This document shows positions 18,087 through 25,949 of a stretch of 45,421 nucleotides of DNA, piece after piece (positions within the stretch are counted from its first letter, which is position 1; each line of letters begins with the position of its first letter). Both the position numbers and the translations under genes were made by a program. Source of the stretch: Candidatus Moraniibacteriota bacterium (GTDB lineage Bacteria > Patescibacteriota > Minisyncoccia > Moranbacterales > GCA-2747515); the NCBI GenBank assembly GCA_018401135.1, contig JAGYLL010000002.1, positions 1 through 45,421 of the forward strand, read 5' to 3'. Under the pieces are notes generated by a model. It was not told where the DNA came from, did no database searches, and saw only the letters and a list, made by a program, of their open reading frames with translations.

Positions 18087-18446
18087 TTATTTTTTTTCTT
18101 GTTCTTCTAACTTAACAGAAGCTTCTTGTGTAGAGACCGTTTTTCCTATAAGAAAAAGCTTGATGATACCGATAGCAATCATCCAATAGACAAACATTGC
18201 TAAAAGAATTGTCCATTCAAATACACTACCTTCTACTTGAGAAATATTGAAGACGCTGAGGAAGGGTGCTGTAAAAACAGAAGTTATTCCGTAGATAAAA
18301 CTCGTAAAACCAGCTTCTGGATTGGCCCCTAATAATTTGAGGACAAAACGAAGAGCGAGTGCTATTTCCAGAAGTCCTAAAATATACCAGACAAACTGTG
18401 TTCCTCGATAAAGAGGCTTTGTGCTGGGTGAATGTGAAGAGTCCAT
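18087..18446 (-). CDS. YggT-family membrane protein
   Basis: 119 aa. The RFVLKLLGANP...FIYGITSVFTAPF pattern resembles the YggT repeat. Confidence 0.6.
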   Translation of the reverse strand: MDSSHSPSTKPLYRGTQFVWYILGLLEIALALRFVLKLLGANPEAGFTSFIYGITSVFTAPFLSVFNISQVEGSVFEWTILLAMFVYWMIAIGIIKLFLIGKTVSTQEASVKLEEQEKK

Positions 18447-18849
18447 ATAAGTATGTTTTAACCGTTGATTTAATTGAACGGGGAATCTTTCTAGGTCAGT
18501 TTATGTAAATAAAAGGAAGGATATTTTTTAACAACTTGTTTCGTTGTTCTAATTAAGTAATGCATCGACATTACTATTTAACCAAATGGTATCGTACGAG
18601 GAAAACTTCGTATTTTAATTTGAGTTGTTTTGATTTATCAAATTTTTCAAATAATATTTAGGAATATAATAAAAGTTGCATTTGTTTTTCTCCACAAACT
18701 TTACAAAAAAAGCTCTCAAAAAATTCGAAGATAGAAAAGTTACTAAAGTGATGCATCTATTACTGATACAGACACAATCGCTTTATATTTCATAAAGGTA
18801 TTTGTATAAAAAAATCTCTTCGTCTGTTACCTTGTGATGTATGGTAGGT

Positions 18850-18882
18850 AAAAGAAGAAGAGGGGGGAGATGTTGCTCCCCC
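18850..18882 (-). terminator. Rho-independent terminator of the small-ORF operon
   Basis: GGGGGAG / CTCCCCC 7-bp GC stem (18863-18869 with 18876-18882) and a 6-nt loop. On the minus strand it is followed by TCTTCTTCTTTT. Confidence 0.6.
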
Positions 18883-18902
18883 GTAGGCACGTGAGAAGAT
18901 TC

Positions 18903-19097
18903 TTAGTGAACGTGTTCTTCTAACACCTTAAAGTTTCTCTGGTGCGAATAAGCACGAACACAACAGGAGTGAAGATACCCTTCTTCGTTGGTATCTTTGT
19001 CATAGATGACAACGTAGGAAGAGGTTTTGATGTATTGAAAGCATTGGAGACATCTATCTCCATCCCTTTTCATACTAGCAAGATCGTCTTGTGTCAT
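18903..19097 (-). CDS. Hypothetical small Cys-containing protein (64 aa)
   Basis: SD AGGAG sits 8 nt before the ATG at 19097. It has CLQC, then 26 residues, then CC. It overlaps the upstream ORF by 23 nt. Confidence 0.5.
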   Translation of the reverse strand: MTQDDLASMKRDGDRCLQCFQYIKTSSYVVIYDKDTNEEGYLHSCCVRAYSHQRNFKVLEEHVH

Positions 19098-19266
19098 TCT
19101 TACGGCTCCTACTATATTGCCAAGTTAAATAAATCTCTCTACAGGCTTCAGAACATACCGGGTATGTTTGACCGAAACCGAACGGTTTATCGTCAATCAG
19201 CTCTTTGCAAACGGCACACGTTTTTTGAATTTCCCACTGGCTTTGTTTTTTTGGATTTTCTGACAT
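19075..19266 (-). CDS. Hypothetical small zinc-ribbon protein (63 aa), CX2C-X17-CX3C (TRASH/YHS-like spacing)
   Basis: SD GAGAGGG lies upstream of the ATG at 19266. The motif is CAVCKELIDDKPFGFGQTYPVCSEAC. Confidence 0.5.
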   Translation of the reverse strand: MSENPKKQSQWEIQKTCAVCKELIDDKPFGFGQTYPVCSEACREIYLTWQYSRSRKNDTRRSC

Positions 19267-19435
19267 AATAATCACCCTCTCTTATTAACTGGACAAGTGA
19301 CCTTCGTTCTTCGCGATGCATTGACCGCATAAGAACCCTAAAGACTTTTTGACTATCGCTAAGTCTTTTCTTTGCGAGAAAAAAATACATTCCAATGATA
19401 ATAATTATCGAAAGAATAAGCATCTGTTCTTTCAT
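19193..19435 (-). CDS. Hypothetical small membrane protein (80 aa, one TM helix, basic tail)
   Basis: SD AGGGG sits 6 nt before the ATG at 19435. The N-terminal helix is LILSIIIIIGMYFFL. Its 3' end overlaps the next ORF by 74 nt. Confidence 0.45.
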   Translation of the reverse strand: MKEQMLILSIIIIIGMYFFLAKKRLSDSQKVFRVLMRSMHREERRSLVQLIREGDYYVRKSKKTKPVGNSKNVCRLQRAD

Positions 19436-19495
19436 CTGAAACCCCTTTTGTCAAGGAACATGATGAAACCTATACTCTTTCTCTTTGAGAATAAG

Positions 19496-19523
19496 TATAT
19501 ACCCAAAAGAGAAATGTGTGCAA
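19496..19523 (-). promoter_or_regulatory. Candidate promoter for the small-ORF operon, TTGCAC-N16-TATATA (minus strand)
   Basis: On the minus strand, TTGCAC is the reverse complement of 19518-19523 and TATATA is at 19496-19501. Confidence 0.4.
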
Positions 19524-19544
19524 TGGACGTGACATAAGGGTTTT

Positions 19545-19700
19545 CTTTTTTTGTATTTTTCCCGTTTCCCCCTTGAAAAAGGGGAGATCTTCTTCGTACC
19601 ATTCTCTCTCTTGGAAAAAGGGAGAAGTAGAGAGGGATTCCCCTCACTCTATTCCTTGTCCCGCCACGGCAGGAGGGGGGAGAGAAGGGAAAAAATATAT
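19545..19700. repeat. G/C-rich, purine/pyrimidine-skewed intergenic element (family shared with 45323-45421)
   Basis: Contains CTTGAAAAAGGGGA (19572-19585), CTTGGAAAAAGGGA (19610-19623) and CCCGCCACGGCAGG (19660-19673). Related motifs recur after tgt, and a GCCACGG core also occurs at 24077-24083. Confidence 0.4.
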
Positions 19701-19717
19701 TTTTTGACGACACTTTT

Positions 19718-19755
19718 TATGTCATATAATCCTGCGAACGTAAGATTATGACATA
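19718..19755. other. Imperfect inverted repeat 8 nt beyond the stop of the DUF1295 gene
   Basis: TATGTCAT(at)AATC / GATTATGACATA gives 12 bp with a 2-nt bulge and a 12-nt loop. No U-tract follows on the minus strand. Confidence 0.4.
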
Positions 19756-19762
19756 TTTCGTA

Positions 19763-20578
19763 TTATTTTCTTTGAGGAAAAGGAAAGAAAATGCTTGTTC
19801 TTTTTTTGTATGCGGGAAAATCGGGGTGACTTTCAAGAGAGCGTTCTGCTAAAGGAACGCCCGTAACTTTGAGAAGAAAAAAGGTTATGAGGAGAGGACT
19901 AATAAGAGCGAGCCATCCAAGAGGAAAAGAAAGTGTGATAAAAAAAATACCCCACCACATAGTAGCTTCTCCGAAATAATTGGGATGACGAGAATATTTC
20001 CAAAGCCCTTGTGTCATAAGCATTCCTTTATTTTCTGGGTTGGTGAGAAATGTTTTGAGTTGTTTATCCGCGAGAGATTCGAAGAAAAAACCAAAAAGCC
20101 AAAGGGCTATTCCAAGAAAAGAAAGAAGGTTCCAAGAAAAAGATTCTCCATATAGAAAAACATAGAGAGGTGCAATAGCAATGATTGATATAAGGAGCGT
20201 TTGTCCAAGGAAAATAAAAAGAAAAGATTTTAGTGCAAAAGAGTTCTTCCACTCTTGGCGATATCGGAAATAGCGAGGATCTTCAGATTTTTTATGTATG
20301 CGTTTGGTGATATGCCAAGCGAGACGTGTTCCCCAGAGTATAAGAGCAAGGAGGATAACTCCTTGAGGGGAAAAAGGAGAAACCTGAGTAAAAAACCACA
20401 CAAAAAGAGAGAAAATAACAGCATTAGCTCCCCAAGCGATATCAGCAATATCATTTCGTTTGAAGATAATAGAAAGTGTATACCAAAAAATACTTATGAA
20501 AAAAACAAAAGGAAAAAATAGTATGAGGTAAGAAGAAAGACTTAGAACAAAGAGTACGATGAATGACCACATTGACAT
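19763..20578 (-). CDS. DUF1295 / steroid-5-alpha-reductase-like membrane protein
   Basis: Polytopic membrane protein with the family signature WKYSRHPNYFGEATMWWG. Confidence 0.85.
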   Translation of the reverse strand: MSMWSFIVLFVLSLSSYLILFFPFVFFISIFWYTLSIIFKRNDIADIAWGANAVIFSLFVWFFTQVSPFSPQGVILLALILWGTRLAWHITKRIHKKSEDPRYFRYRQEWKNSFALKSFLFIFLGQTLLISIIAIAPLYVFLYGESFSWNLLSFLGIALWLFGFFFESLADKQLKTFLTNPENKGMLMTQGLWKYSRHPNYFGEATMWWGIFFITLSFPLGWLALISPLLITFFLLKVTGVPLAERSLESHPDFPAYKKRTSIFFPFPQRK

Positions 20579-20592
20579 ATATTTGTTTTTTA

Positions 20593-21963
20593 TTATTGTT
20601 TAAGTAACTGTATATTTTGAACGTAGGTGTCTATAGCAAATTTCCTTTGTAGCCCTTGGGCGTTCATATATCGTATCATACCAAAAATAGGACGCTCCGT
20701 CCATGGGCGATCGTGCTTTCCAAAGCACCATGCCACACCAGCAAAGCCATTGGGGTCCCGACCATCAAGCTCATATTTGTTATTGAGGTAAAGGGTGATC
20801 TCGAAAGCTTCTTCTGGAGTCTTTGACCACTCAAGAATTTTTTTCCCCCAATACATCCGCATATAACCATGCATCTTTCCTGTGAGAAGCATTTCTTTCT
20901 GCGCGCTGTTCCAATAGATATCATGGGTTTGGGCGTTTTCAAATTGTTCAGAAGTATAGGTATATTCGCGCTTGTCGTTTGTATGAAACGAAAGTGTTTT
21001 TTGTGCCCAATTAGGAAGACAGAAAAAAGAATCGTAACGGAGATTATAGAAAACAAAATTAAGAGCAAGTTCTCGTCGAACAATGAGTTCTTCCAAAAAA
21101 CTTTCGGTATTGAGTGATTGAGGAGAATGTTTTCGTACTAGAAGAGCTATTTCAAGAGGAGAAATGTTTCCAAAGTGAAGATAGGGACTGAGATCGCTTG
21201 AGACAGAAAGAGAAGGATCATTTCGTTTTTCATAAAATGAGGAAAAACGAGTAGTAAGAAAAAGGGTTAATCGTTGATAGGCTTCATTTTCACCTCCCTT
21301 AAAAAAAGGAGACGCAGAAACAGAAGTGTCAAGAATGCATTGTGAAAGAATTTTTGAATTAGATTGTTCAAGGCAAAGAGAGGGGAATTGTAAAGAAAGA
21401 GATGAAACGAGGGGTTTTTTAGGTGAAAGAGGTATAAGAAATGTCTCAAGATGTTTTTGTATTTTTTTACGAAGAGTGAAGGCAGAGTATTCTTCTTTGG
21501 AAGAGGCTGTTTGTACGGGAATGATACTATCGGATTCGATTTGAATAAGAGGACAAATGAGAGTATTAGCGATTTCCTCTCTCCATAATCTTTGAAATCG
21601 TGTATAACCACAATCAGTCACGACAAGTCTAGCATCAAGAGCAAGTTGTGCTAGGGAAGTATGCTTTTTGTATTTCTGTACTCCAACAAAAAAAGCAATA
21701 TCGAGAAAAGAGAGATTTTCTTTGACATCACGAAGACCTTCGAGAAGAAAGGTGTTATGACGAGCATTGGCTTCTGGATAATTTGGAAGAAGTTGGAAAA
21801 ATACAATAAGAGGAAGATGATACGTATTGGCTTGTTCTATAGCAAAAGAAAGTGCGTGATTGTAACGTGTTCTTACAGAGGCTTGCATCCAATAGAGGAT
21901 ATATTTTCCTTTGGGATTCTCAGCTTTTTCATTGAGAGAAAAAATACGTTCATTTTGTATCAT
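20593..21963 (-). CDS. phr: Deoxyribodipyrimidine (CPD) photolyase, class II
   Basis: 456 aa with LSPYLHFGNIS, GKMHGYMRMYWGKKILEW and DGRDPNGFAGVAWCFGKHDRPW, which are typical class II motifs. Confidence 0.9.
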   Translation of the reverse strand: MIQNERIFSLNEKAENPKGKYILYWMQASVRTRYNHALSFAIEQANTYHLPLIVFFQLLPNYPEANARHNTFLLEGLRDVKENLSFLDIAFFVGVQKYKKHTSLAQLALDARLVVTDCGYTRFQRLWREEIANTLICPLIQIESDSIIPVQTASSKEEYSAFTLRKKIQKHLETFLIPLSPKKPLVSSLSLQFPSLCLEQSNSKILSQCILDTSVSASPFFKGGENEAYQRLTLFLTTRFSSFYEKRNDPSLSVSSDLSPYLHFGNISPLEIALLVRKHSPQSLNTESFLEELIVRRELALNFVFYNLRYDSFFCLPNWAQKTLSFHTNDKREYTYTSEQFENAQTHDIYWNSAQKEMLLTGKMHGYMRMYWGKKILEWSKTPEEAFEITLYLNNKYELDGRDPNGFAGVAWCFGKHDRPWTERPIFGMIRYMNAQGLQRKFAIDTYVQNIQLLKQ

Positions 21964-22007
21964 AGAGAGGGTAATGCAAGGAAGAATATTTCTTCTCCAG
22001 AGCTATT

Positions 22008-22409
22008 TTAGGCAAAATATTTCCAAGCAAGAAATCCAGCGAGAGAAACGATGGAAGCAAGGAATGACCCCCAAATCATATCAACGATAACAACGATAAC
22101 AGGCCAGTCTTTGAGAGTTGCCCAATTGGTAAGGTCATAGGTTGCATAGGTGATAAGACCAAAAAAAGCACCGAGAAGGATAGCAGTAAGAAGAGAGTTT
22201 TTTTCTATAGCAGGAGAAACACAAAAAACAAGAATGCCGATGAGAAAAAGGATATAGAATAGAACAGCAGGGCCAAAATTCACCTGAGAAGAGAGGAGAT
22301 GGCCAATATGTTTTTGATAAAAATCTTTGGCTATAAATGCAAGCCAGATTCCATCAATAACAACAAAGGTTATAAGAGATGCGAGATAGGAAAGTACATA
22401 TATTCTCAT
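22008..22409 (-). CDS. DUF2177-family membrane protein
   Basis: 133 aa, 4 TM helices, N-terminus VIDGIWLAFIAKDFYQKHIGHLL as in DUF2177. Confidence 0.75.
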   Translation of the reverse strand: MRIYVLSYLASLITFVVIDGIWLAFIAKDFYQKHIGHLLSSQVNFGPAVLFYILFLIGILVFCVSPAIEKNSLLTAILLGAFFGLITYATYDLTNWATLKDWPVIVVIVDMIWGSFLASIVSLAGFLAWKYFA

Positions 22410-22434
22410 AAGAAAAAGTTAAATGGATAAGGCA

Positions 22435-22872
22435 CTATTCTTCTTCCGAAGATTCTTCTTGTACGGATTCCGATGGATCTATCATTTCCATAGTATCTTC
22501 TACAAAAATTCCGATAGTAAGTTCTTTTGCCTTTTCGTAACCAGAGGGATTATGTTTTTTAACTGAGGCAAACATTTCCGTGGCATCTTTCCCACATCCC
22601 TTGAGAAGATTTGCTTCTCCTCCTGGATGCTTGCCAAAAAACGAAGTCGCGTCGATAACATCACTATTGATAATCATCCAACAATCTTCGGCAGTGCTAT
22701 GAGAGGCAACTTCTTGAAACGTATATACAGGAAGTGTATTTGGATCTAAAGAAGAAGGCTCAATAATTTTCATAGCCTGGGGAGGAATCTCTTCTTTTTC
22801 TTCAGAAAGAAAGCATCCTGAAAGCGTAAGAGAAAAAACAAAAATAAGGGAAATAAGAAGAAATTTTTTCAT
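22435..22872 (-). CDS. Cytochrome b5-like heme-binding domain lipoprotein
   Basis: Lipobox LTLSGC in the signal peptide, then a b5 fold with the HPGG motif (FFGKHPGGEANLLKGCGKDATEMF). Confidence 0.8.
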   Translation of the reverse strand: MKKFLLISLIFVFSLTLSGCFLSEEKEEIPPQAMKIIEPSSLDPNTLPVYTFQEVASHSTAEDCWMIINSDVIDATSFFGKHPGGEANLLKGCGKDATEMFASVKKHNPSGYEKAKELTIGIFVEDTMEMIDPSESVQEESSEEE

Positions 22873-23082
22873 AAATAAAGCTGTTTAATAAATTATATTT
22901 TCAGTATAGCATAACGAGACACTCTTTCAAAATAAATCGAAGTTTAGTCTATGAATTTCTTTAGAAAACTTATGGGGGAAATACTTTTTTTGATACTAGT
23001 GAAGTAGATATACATCCTTTACAAATTTTTTAAAAAGAGTATTACTGATATATCGGTTCTTTGTCAAAGCCAAGGAGGCTTT

Positions 23083-23556
23083 ATGAATATGACTCGATTT
23101 AAGAGTTTGCTCAAAGCAGAGCAAAACATCTTGCAAGAATATAGGGCAGACGTCCCTTACCCACTCCTCCGTATAGTAACAGGACTTTATATCCTTCAAG
23201 AGGAGGAGATATTAGGTCCAATGAATAGGTTTTATTGTTGGGTTTGTGGGCATAGGGAAACTCTCGTAAATCTCCAGAGACAATGGATATTCCATGGAGG
23301 AGAAACGTCTTTTTGGGAGAGACATTCTCGAATAACTTCTTATATCCTTAGGGAATATGAAGGATATATTTTCCTCGCCTATCTTGCTCTTCAATCGGCT
23401 ATTTTTTTCGAAAGAGAGCATCAACATCTCTTCGGAATTGATAGAAGGGCCAAGAGTCGGTCACGAGAAGAAAGCGTCGAAGTGCATGGAGCAAAACTCA
23501 TAAGTCCTTATTTTCGACTTCGGTTTAGGCGAAAATTTGGAGGAATTGTTTCTTGA
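23083..23556 (+). CDS. Hypothetical protein (157 aa), orphan, rich in W/H/R
   Basis: Strong SD AAGGAGG sits 4-5 nt before the ATG. A 474-nt open frame is unlikely by chance in AT-rich DNA, and a terminator follows. I recognise no family. Confidence 0.5.
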   Translation: MNMTRFKSLLKAEQNILQEYRADVPYPLLRIVTGLYILQEEEILGPMNRFYCWVCGHRETLVNLQRQWIFHGGETSFWERHSRITSYILREYEGYIFLAYLALQSAIFFEREHQHLFGIDRRAKSRSREESVEVHGAKLISPYFRLRFRRKFGGIVS

Positions 23557-23578
23557 ACTGATGACGAAACTTCGTCAG

Positions 23579-23608
23579 AGCGATTTTTAGTATAAGATCG
23601 CTTTTTTT
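23579..23608 (+). terminator. Rho-independent terminator
   Basis: AGCGATTTT / AAGATCGCT stem (one G:U pair) with a 6-nt loop, followed by T7. Confidence 0.65.
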
Positions 23609-23860
23609 GTATTTTTTATAAAAAAGAAATGCAAGCTATTAAAAAATAATCCTTTAATTAACGTTCCTTCGGAAAATACCCATCAATTTTTCCAGAGCGC
23701 TATATCCTAATGCTTTGTCATTTGGTTCTTATTTTTATATACATCTATACATCTTTTTATTGTATATTTATTCCGCAAGACTCTTGGGGAAAAATACAGA
23801 GACTTGATTATAGATGAAAATACCTTTACTATGAAAGCGCCATTCAAATAGGGGTTTAGT

Positions 23861-24046
23861 ATGGGTAACAAAAATAAAGGAAAAACTGGAAAAATGAGAA
23901 CAAAAATAGCTGAAGAGAAGGTAATACCTTCTTCTTCAGGACAGAAGAAAAACCGAGATTGTTTCGATATGTGGGAGGATTTAGGTAAACTCCCTCGTTC
24001 CTTTTGGGACGAGCTTGAAAGGAGGCAAAATAATCCATTGCAATAA
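23861..24046 (+). CDS. Hypothetical small basic protein (61 aa)
   Basis: An ORF with only a weak SD, followed by a bidirectional terminator. No family recognised. Confidence 0.35.
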   Translation: MGNKNKGKTGKMRTKIAEEKVIPSSSGQKKNRDCFDMWEDLGKLPRSFWDELERRQNNPLQ

Positions 24047-24056
24047 GATTATATAA

Positions 24057-24090
24057 GAAAAAGACCCCTTGGCAACGCCACGGGGTTTTT
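24057..24090. terminator. Bidirectional rho-independent terminator
   Basis: ACCCC-T-TGGC aac GCCA-C-GGGGT stem flanked by AAAAAG and TTTTT, between convergent genes. Confidence 0.75.
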
Positions 24091-24095
24091 CACAT

Positions 24096-24866
24096 TTACG
24101 CTTTCATCCCATAGCCTTTAGAAAACATATGAGCAAGAAGAAACCAAAGAGCAAAAATTATACCAAAGAGAACAAGGAGACTGAAAAAAGGTTCCGTAGT
24201 TGAGTTTCCAAAGAATGCATAACGGAAACCATCCACTATATAATAAATAGGGTTAAAAAGGGTAATTTTTTGCCAAAGAGGAGGAAGCATTTCCAAAGTA
24301 TAAAAGACACCACCTAAAAAACTCAAGGGAGTTATAATGATGAGGGGAATAAGAGCGAGTCGTTCAAAATCTTTTGCCCATATACCGATAACAATTCCCA
24401 AAAGAGAAAAAACAAAAGCAGAAAGAATGATAAAAATGATCGCAAAAAGGGGGTGGCTAATGATAATATCAATGAAAAAGAGAGAGGATATATAAACCAA
24501 AACTCCTATAAAGAGAGCGCGAGCAGTTCCGCCGAGTGCATAGCCAAGAACGATTTCTTTGTAGGAAAGGGGTGCTACGATGAGATCAGTGATGGTTCCT
24601 GTAAAACGGGGAAAATATATTCCGCTTGATGAAGCAGAAAGAGCATTTGTGATAACAGCCATTACGATAAGGCCGGGGACAATAAATTGTCCATAGGAAA
24701 TATTTTCTAGAACAAAAACATTTGTTCCTATGGCAGCACCAAATACTACGAAATAAAGTACCGTAGAAAGAGTAGGAGAGAGGACTGCTTGAAAAAGCAC
24801 TTGTTTTGTTCGGTGCATTTCTCGTGCGAAGATAGTCCACAATCCTATGAAATTTATTGAGTGCAT
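24096..24866 (-). CDS. ABC-2 type transporter permease
   Basis: 256 aa with six TM helices, immediately downstream of a DrrA/NatA-like ATPase. Confidence 0.85.
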   Translation of the reverse strand: MHSINFIGLWTIFAREMHRTKQVLFQAVLSPTLSTVLYFVVFGAAIGTNVFVLENISYGQFIVPGLIVMAVITNALSASSSGIYFPRFTGTITDLIVAPLSYKEIVLGYALGGTARALFIGVLVYISSLFFIDIIISHPLFAIIFIILSAFVFSLLGIVIGIWAKDFERLALIPLIIITPLSFLGGVFYTLEMLPPLWQKITLFNPIYYIVDGFRYAFFGNSTTEPFFSLLVLFGIIFALWFLLAHMFSKGYGMKA

Positions 24867-24869
24867 ATA

Positions 24870-25790
24870 TTATATTTCTTTCTGGATAAGTTGCATAAAA
24901 ATTTCTTCGAGAGAGCTTGTTTTGGTATCTATATCATGAACATATATTCCAAAGTTTTTTAATTCTGTAAGAATACATAGAGGAGTTTTTGTATTTTTGG
25001 AGATAAAATATCGAAGCGTTTTTCCTTTATTAGTAAGGGTAAATTTGTAGCCAGACAATGCTTTGGGGATGGTGTGGAGTGGTGTTTTGAGATGAAAGTC
25101 AATTCTTTTTTCTCCGAAACGAGTAAGAAGAGAAGATGTTTGATCTATGGCGATAATTTTTCCTTTATGAATGATGCCGATACGGTCTGCCATTTCTTCC
25201 GCTTCTTCAAGATAATGAGTAGTAAGAATGATAGTAACCCCCTTTTCTTTGAGTTTTGTAATTTCTTCCCACATACCACGGCGAAGTTCGACATCGACAC
25301 CAGCAGTTGGCTCATCAAGAAAAAGTATCTGAGGTTCGTTCATAAGAGCCTTAGCAATAAGTACGCGTCTTTTCATCCCACCAGAAAGATGACGAACTTC
25401 ACTCTTTCTTTTTTCCCAAAGAGAAAGAGAGGTTAATGTTTCTTCTATGAGTGTGTCATTTCTTTTTTTACCGAAAAGACCTCTTTGAAATCGAAGGGTG
25501 TCTTCTATCGTATAAAAGATATCCAGCGTGAGTTCTTGGGGAACGAGTCCGATACATTTTTTTGCATCAAGAGGGTTTTTGTCAATATCAAATCCAGCAA
25601 GGGTAATATTTCCAGAGGTTTTCTTAACATACCCTGTAGTACACCCAATAAGCGTTGTTTTCCCTGCTCCATTAGGACCAAGAAGTGCAAAAATTTCTCC
25701 AGAAGCTATTTGGAGAGAAACATTCTCAAGCGCAGGAGCACTTTGTCCATAGAATTTAGATACGTTAGTAAGAGAGAGAATAGTTTTCAT
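24870..25790 (-). CDS. ABC transporter ATP-binding protein (ABC-2 / DrrA-like exporter)
   Basis: Walker A GPNGAGKTT, signature LSGGMKRR and Walker B LFLDEPTAGVD. Confidence 0.9.
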   Translation of the reverse strand: MKTILSLTNVSKFYGQSAPALENVSLQIASGEIFALLGPNGAGKTTLIGCTTGYVKKTSGNITLAGFDIDKNPLDAKKCIGLVPQELTLDIFYTIEDTLRFQRGLFGKKRNDTLIEETLTSLSLWEKRKSEVRHLSGGMKRRVLIAKALMNEPQILFLDEPTAGVDVELRRGMWEEITKLKEKGVTIILTTHYLEEAEEMADRIGIIHKGKIIAIDQTSSLLTRFGEKRIDFHLKTPLHTIPKALSGYKFTLTNKGKTLRYFISKNTKTPLCILTELKNFGIYVHDIDTKTSSLEEIFMQLIQKEI

Positions 25791-25949
25791 AGCAATTAAG
25801 GATACTATGAAAAAAACAGTTTGTACAGATTTCGGAAAGAAAATGTAAAAAATAATTTTAATGAAATATTTTTCGGTTTATAATGTAATAGAGGTGTGAA
25901 GAAAAGTATTTTTGAATTTTTTAATAAAAAATAGTAAATAGATATATAT

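Noticed and set aside
19432-19751. ORFs across the G/C-rich element (19432..19713 minus strand; 19516..19707 and 19551..19751 plus strand)
   Set aside because: The translations are low-complexity (runs of G/R/E/K/F/S), the ORFs overlap one another on both strands, and none has an SD. They are by-products of the purine/pyrimidine-skewed repeat.
23083-23560. tmRNA, RNase P RNA or SRP RNA hidden in the hairpin-rich orphan region
   Set aside because: I found no tRNA-like 3' end (GGTTCGA..CCA), no GAGGAAAGTCC P4 motif and no SRP domain-IV motif. A strong SD and a 157-codon open frame favour a coding sequence.
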